A DNA stretch of 10,946 nt, taken from an uncultured bacterium (GTDB lineage Bacteria > Caldisericota > Caldisericia > B22-G15). This document shows positions 6,765 through 10,946 of this stretch, one piece after another (the stretch's first letter is position 1; the number at the start of each line of letters is the position of its first letter). The DNA lies in NCBI GenBank assembly GCA_965612865.1, contig CBFDTJ010000047.1:1-10946 (forward strand), in the 5' to 3' direction. Position numbers and translations under genes: made by a program. A model generated the notes under the pieces. That model was not told the origin of the DNA, ran no database searches, and worked only from the letters and a program-made list of their open reading frames with translations.

Positions 6765-7420
6765 TCTTCGTCTCCCTTTATCTTTCTGACTGCTATTTTT
6801 ATGACTGATTTTGCTATATCTTTATACATCTTGAATCTCCACTTTCTCCCCTTTTCTTTACCCACCTTTTCCTCCTTCATTAATTGAGTAACTCCCTCAA
6901 GGATGACGTATCTCACCTTTATTTTGTTGCTCCAGAAATACTCTGTTAATACAATTTCAAATCCGTATCTTACATTTGGATCATAAGAAAAGTTTTCCCA
7001 CACTTCCCTCGTTAGTGCCCTTTGACCTGAAAGGAAAGGAGTTATTTTATGTGAGAAATCTGTCAAGAATCTCCCTTTCTCGAAAATTCCACATGTGGTT
7101 ACAGCCTCCCCCTCAATTATAGGTCTTATAAGTTCTGTAATATGATTTGGTTCAAGACCGATTAAGTCTGCATCCAGGAAGACAATTATATCACCCTCAC
7201 TTGCTTTCACTCCTTCATAATATGCCCATCCTTTTCCCTTGTTTTGATTAAAATTTATAACTTTAGCTCCCTTTTTCTTTGCAATAATTGGAGTTCTATC
7301 AGTGGAGGCGTCGTTAACAACAATTACTTCATCAACAAAAGGATTATTCCTTGCAGTTTCAACAACTTCTCCTATGGTTTTTTCCTCATTAAAGGCAGGG
7401 ATTATAACACTAACTTTCAT
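6761..7420 (-). CDS. GT-A fold family 2 glycosyltransferase, glucosyl-3-phosphoglycerate synthase-like
   Basis: VIIPAFNEE, VVNDASTDRT, NKGKG, DxD motif FLDADL, then LSGQRA and YGFE. No transmembrane segment is visible. Substrate is uncertain. Confidence 0.85.
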   Translation of the reverse strand: MKVSVIIPAFNEEKTIGEVVETARNNPFVDEVIVVNDASTDRTPIIAKKKGAKVINFNQNKGKGWAYYEGVKASEGDIIVFLDADLIGLEPNHITELIRPIIEGEAVTTCGIFEKGRFLTDFSHKITPFLSGQRALTREVWENFSYDPNVRYGFEIVLTEYFWSNKIKVRYVILEGVTQLMKEEKVGKEKGRKWRFKMYKDIAKSVIKIAVRKIKGDED

Positions 7421-9107
7421 ATATTTCTTTCCTTAGAAACTCCTCTATATCTTCAGGTTTTACTTTAAAGACTTCTCCATCTTCTCTCCTTTTAACCTCT
7501 ATTAAGCCGTCTTTCAGGTAACCTTTTCCAAATATTAGCTTATAGGGAAAACCAATTAAATCAGCATCTTTAAACTTTTCTCCAGGCGAAAGAGGTCTAT
7601 CCTCATAAACAACTTCAAAGCCACCGTGAAGAAGTTTTTCGTAAATTTCCTTTGAATCCACAAGAATTTTTTCATCCTCTTTTAATGGAATAATAATAAT
7701 ATGGTATGGTGCGATCTCTTTTGTCCACACAATTCCCTTATCGTCATGGTACTGTTCAATAGTTGCAGCAATTATTCTTGCCATTCCAATTCCATAACAA
7801 CCCATTATAAAAGGTTTTAGTTCCCCTTCCTTTGTTTGAAAATATGCCTTCATACTTTCTGAATATTTTGTTCCAAGCTGGAAGGTGTGACCCAACTCAA
7901 TCCCGATTTTCTTTTTAAGAGGAGAACCGCAGACCGGACACAAGTCTCCCTCTTTCACCTCTCTTATATCAACAATTTCCTCTGATTCAAAATCTCTCCC
8001 AAAGGAGACACCCTTATAGTGATAATCCTTTTTGTTTGCACCTAAAACCCCACCCTTTATACCCTCAACTCTTTTATCAACTATTATTCTTCCATTAAAT
8101 CCAATAGGACCTGTGAATCCAAGTGGAGCACCTGTATGTTTTTCTATCTCCTCTTCTGTAGCAAGTCTAATTTCTTTAGCTTTCAGGTAATTTTTGAGTT
8201 TAACCTCATTTATCTCATCATCTCCTCTAACTATGGCAAGAACTGATTCTCCATCAACAATGTAAAGTATGGATTTGAGAAGCCTGTGGGCCGGGACTTT
8301 AAGGAAACTTGTTACTTCTTCCACTCTCTTTATGTTGGGTGTGTGTACCAGCTCAAGGGGTTCATCCTTTTCCTCTTCTGGTTTTATAAGTTTGCTCTTT
8401 GCTGCCTCTACATTTGCTGCGTATCTACACTTTTCACACACAACAAACTCACATTCTCCTATTTCACTTTCAGCAACAAATTCATGGGAGACCTTTCCAC
8501 CTATTGCTCCAGAATCAGCTTCAACAGGGATGTATTTTAATCTGAATCTGTCAAATATTTTCTTATATGCATTGAATATCTTCTTATAGGATTCTGAAAG
8601 AGAATCCCATGAGTCATGAAATGAGTAAAGATCCTTCATTAAGAATTCTCTACTCCTCATAACTCCAAATCTTGGTCTTATTTCATCTCTAAACTTGGTT
8701 TGAATCTGGTATAAAAGTATGGGCAGGTTCTTATAAGAGTTTACCGTGTTTTTAATAATTAAGGTTACTATTTCTTCATGGGTTGGGCCAAGACAGAAAT
8801 CTCTTCCTTTTCTATCCTTTAATTTAAAAAGTTCATCTCCATAAACATCCCATCTACCTGTTTCATCCCACGGTTCTTTTGGAAGGAGTGCGGGCATCAG
8901 AAGTTCCTGAGCGCCAATTCTATTCATTTCCTCTCTCACTATGTTTATTACTTTGTTCAGGACTCTGAAACCAAGGGGAAGAAATACATAAATTCCTGAA
9001 CTAATCTGCCTTATAAGTCCAGCTCTAAGCATTAATTTATGACTTATACTTTCAGCATCACTTGGATCTTCTCTTAATGTTGGAACAAACATTTTAGATA
9101 GAAGCAT
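7410..9107 (-). CDS. proS: Proline--tRNA ligase, bacterial type with INS editing domain
   Basis: Motifs SHKLMLRAGLIRQ, LGPTHEE, QTKFRDEIRPRFGVMRSREF, GIELGHTFQLGTKYS and MGCYGIG; editing insert with LLKS and GFTGP; anticodon domain GEKFKDADLIGFP. Confidence 0.98.
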   Translation of the reverse strand: MLLSKMFVPTLREDPSDAESISHKLMLRAGLIRQISSGIYVFLPLGFRVLNKVINIVREEMNRIGAQELLMPALLPKEPWDETGRWDVYGDELFKLKDRKGRDFCLGPTHEEIVTLIIKNTVNSYKNLPILLYQIQTKFRDEIRPRFGVMRSREFLMKDLYSFHDSWDSLSESYKKIFNAYKKIFDRFRLKYIPVEADSGAIGGKVSHEFVAESEIGECEFVVCEKCRYAANVEAAKSKLIKPEEEKDEPLELVHTPNIKRVEEVTSFLKVPAHRLLKSILYIVDGESVLAIVRGDDEINEVKLKNYLKAKEIRLATEEEIEKHTGAPLGFTGPIGFNGRIIVDKRVEGIKGGVLGANKKDYHYKGVSFGRDFESEEIVDIREVKEGDLCPVCGSPLKKKIGIELGHTFQLGTKYSESMKAYFQTKEGELKPFIMGCYGIGMARIIAATIEQYHDDKGIVWTKEIAPYHIIIIPLKEDEKILVDSKEIYEKLLHGGFEVVYEDRPLSPGEKFKDADLIGFPYKLIFGKGYLKDGLIEVKRREDGEVFKVKPEDIEEFLRKEIYES

Positions 9108-10143
9108 CTTTCACCTCACTAAATATAAGTTTTTTTAACTCATCAACTGCATCTTCTTCCTCAATAAATTTTATTTTCATTCCTTTTTTAAATAAAAGTA
9201 TCTTTCCTCTTGTTAAAGCAATTCCATAATCTGCTTGTCCTGCTTCTCCCAGAGCGTTAACTTCACATCCCATAACTGCAATCTTTACTGGAATTTTAAG
9301 ACTACCTAACTCTTTCCTGACCCTTTCAAGAATTTTATCAAAATTTTTATTACATCTCCCACATTTCGGACAGGCTATAATTTCGACTCTTTCTCTCTTC
9401 CTTAAACCAAGATTTTCAAGGATGAGTCTTCCCACTCTAACTTCATGACTTGATGAACCTGTAAGAGATACCCTTATGGTATCTCCAATTCCCTCCATTA
9501 ACAAGTATCCAATGGCTATACTGGATTTAATTAATCCCTCATCTCCACCTCCCGTTGCTGTAACTCCAAGGTGAATTGGATATGGAAATATTTCTTTCAT
9601 CTTCCTGTATGTTTCTATGGTTAGCTTTACATCTGGAGATTTTGCAGATAGAACTATATCTTTAAAAGAAAGATTTTCAAGTATAGAAACCTCCCTTCTT
9701 AGAGATTCAATGAGATCGTCTGAGGTTATCTTCCCCTTTTTTCCTTCGTACACAAGTGAACCGGAATTTACACCAACCCTTATAGGAATTTTCATTTCCT
9801 TTGCCTTCTTTACAATTCTCTCTATGTCTTTTCTATTTCTTATATTTGATGGATTCAGTCTTATTTTCTTTGCTCCTGCCTCCATTGATAGTATTGCAAG
9901 ATCAGGGTTAAAATGTATGTCGGCAATTACTGGAACAGGACTTCTTTTAATTATTTCTCTTAAACCATTTATACTTTTTCTATCAGGAACAGCGACTCTT
10001 ACAAGGGAAGCACCCTCTTCAACCATATTTTCTATTTCTTTAAGGACTGCTTCCACATCATTGGTATCACTTTTTGTCATTCCCTGAAGGATAATTTCCT
10101 CTCCCCCTATGATTACATTTCCAGCATAAACTTTCTTTTTCAT
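9094..10143 (-). CDS. ispG: (E)-4-hydroxy-3-methylbut-2-enyl-diphosphate synthase IspG/GcpE, divergent active-site variant
   Basis: Motifs VRVAVP, ADIHF, IRVGVNSGSL and GIGDTIRVSL; Fe-S ligands CPKCGR and MGC..GEA; rseP-ispG-proS synteny with an ATGA overlap at 10140-10143. Confidence 0.95.
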   Translation of the reverse strand: MKKKVYAGNVIIGGEEIILQGMTKSDTNDVEAVLKEIENMVEEGASLVRVAVPDRKSINGLREIIKRSPVPVIADIHFNPDLAILSMEAGAKKIRLNPSNIRNRKDIERIVKKAKEMKIPIRVGVNSGSLVYEGKKGKITSDDLIESLRREVSILENLSFKDIVLSAKSPDVKLTIETYRKMKEIFPYPIHLGVTATGGGDEGLIKSSIAIGYLLMEGIGDTIRVSLTGSSSHEVRVGRLILENLGLRKRERVEIIACPKCGRCNKNFDKILERVRKELGSLKIPVKIAVMGCEVNALGEAGQADYGIALTRGKILLFKKGMKIKFIEEEDAVDELKKLIFSEVKDASI

Positions 10144-10875
10144 TTAAAGAATCTTAGTATGTCAAAAAATGTTATTACAAATAGTAGACCAATGAGAATT
10201 ATATAACCTATAAAGTGAACAACATTCTCCTTTTCAGGAGGGACTCTCCTTTTTGTTATGGCTTCGTAAAGGATAAACATAAGTCTTCCACCATCAAGAG
10301 CTGGGATGGGGAGTAAGTTTGTAACTCCAAGGGCAAGACTTATTACTCCAGTAAACCATATAAAGGCTATACCACCTGCCTGTTTTCCCACATCTGCAGT
10401 GAATTTAACTATACCCACAGGACCAGCAATTCCAGACACGTTACCTCTCACTATCATTCTCAAAGACAAAGCTACAAGGGTTAGTATTCGCCATATTTCT
10501 TTAAGTGCAAGCCAGAACGCCTCAAAGATATTTACTCTCTCAAAATCACTTACTATACCTATTATCCATCTGCCATCCTCTGATTTTACAGGTTTTATAT
10601 TGAAAGAAAGAATCTTTCCATCTCTCTCAACTTTAATTACAATCTCCTCTCCGTTGCTTCCACCTATTTCCTTTATCACATCTTCCCACGACTTAATTTC
10701 AATTCCATTTATCTCAATAATTTTATCTCCCTCTTTTATACCTGCTTCATATGCAGGTAAACCTTTAGTTACATCCTTTATTTTTGTAGAGAGATGAGAT
10801 ATATCACCGTAAAAAGAGTATATGAGAAAAAATATAAGGACTGCAATGATTATATTCATGACGGGACCTGCAAGT
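10140..10875 (-). CDS. rseP: RIP metalloprotease RseP/RasP (M50 + PDZ), 5'-truncated by contig end
   Basis: LAGPVMN, PDZ region PAYEAGIKEGDKIIEING, AGPVGI and NLLPIPALDGG. The HExxH motif lies outside the window, and the N-terminal MCIRDR in the ORF track is translated adapter. Confidence 0.95.
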
Positions 10876-10946
10876 CTGTCTCTTATACACATCTGACGCT
10901 GCCGACGAAGGCTTAGGTGTAGATCTCGGTGGTCGCCGTATCATTA
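10876..10946 (-). other. Illumina Nextera P5-side adapter (sequencing artefact)
   Basis: CTGTCTCTTATACACATCT (10876-10894), GACGCTGCCGACGA (10895-10908), index AGGCTTAG (10909-10916; reverse complement CTAAGCCT, as I recall N/S508) and GTGTAGATCTCGGTGGTCGCCGTATCATT (10917-10945, reverse complement of P5). Confidence 0.99.

Noticed and set aside
9094..9130. T-box riboswitch upstream of proS
   Set aside because: proS overlaps ispG by 14 nt, leaving no leader, and no T-box consensus is visible.
4493..10797. ORFs 4493-4723, 5618-5857, 6414-6713, 7244-7468, 8269-8589, 8286-8540, 9617-10087 and 10306-10797
   Set aside because: They are antisense to degV, the DUF438 gene, the glycosyltransferase, proS, ispG and rseP, and show no family features.
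51..10894. Perfect 19-bp terminal inverted repeats (51-69 and 10876-10894) suggesting a Tn5-like composite transposon
   Set aside because: They are synthetic mosaic ends embedded in full P7/P5 indexed adapters. There is no transposase, and the enclosed genes are core housekeeping genes cut mid-sequence.

Overview
This is an AT-rich, densely packed bacterial chromosomal contig of mostly housekeeping genes, with untrimmed Illumina Nextera adapters at both ends (1-69 and 10876-10946). The adapters truncate the two terminal genes and add artefactual peptides to them. The left minus-strand operon runs: two-CxxC protein disulfide oxidoreductase, rpmH (missed by the ORF track), rnpA, yidD, yidC, jag, mnmE (partial). 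The middle holds degV (+, with an apparent 1-nt frameshift near its 3' end), truA (-) and a DUF438/hemerythrin/PAS gene (+). The right minus-strand operon runs: rseP (partial), ispG, proS, GT2 glycosyltransferase. I see no RNA genes, CRISPR arrays, defence genes or real mobile elements, and no convincing new multi-gene system. The best leads are (1) a YidC whose extracytoplasmic region looks like two tandem Ig-like CARDB/COG1361-type repeats, (2) an IspG lacking the usually conserved Glu of the HLGVTEAG motif, (3) a disulfide oxidoreductase gene, rather than dnaA/oriC, directly upstream of rpmH, and (4) the degV frameshift. The K/E/I-rich proteins and the disulfide oxidoreductase suggest a thermophilic anaerobe, possibly Caldisericia-like, but that is an unverified inference.
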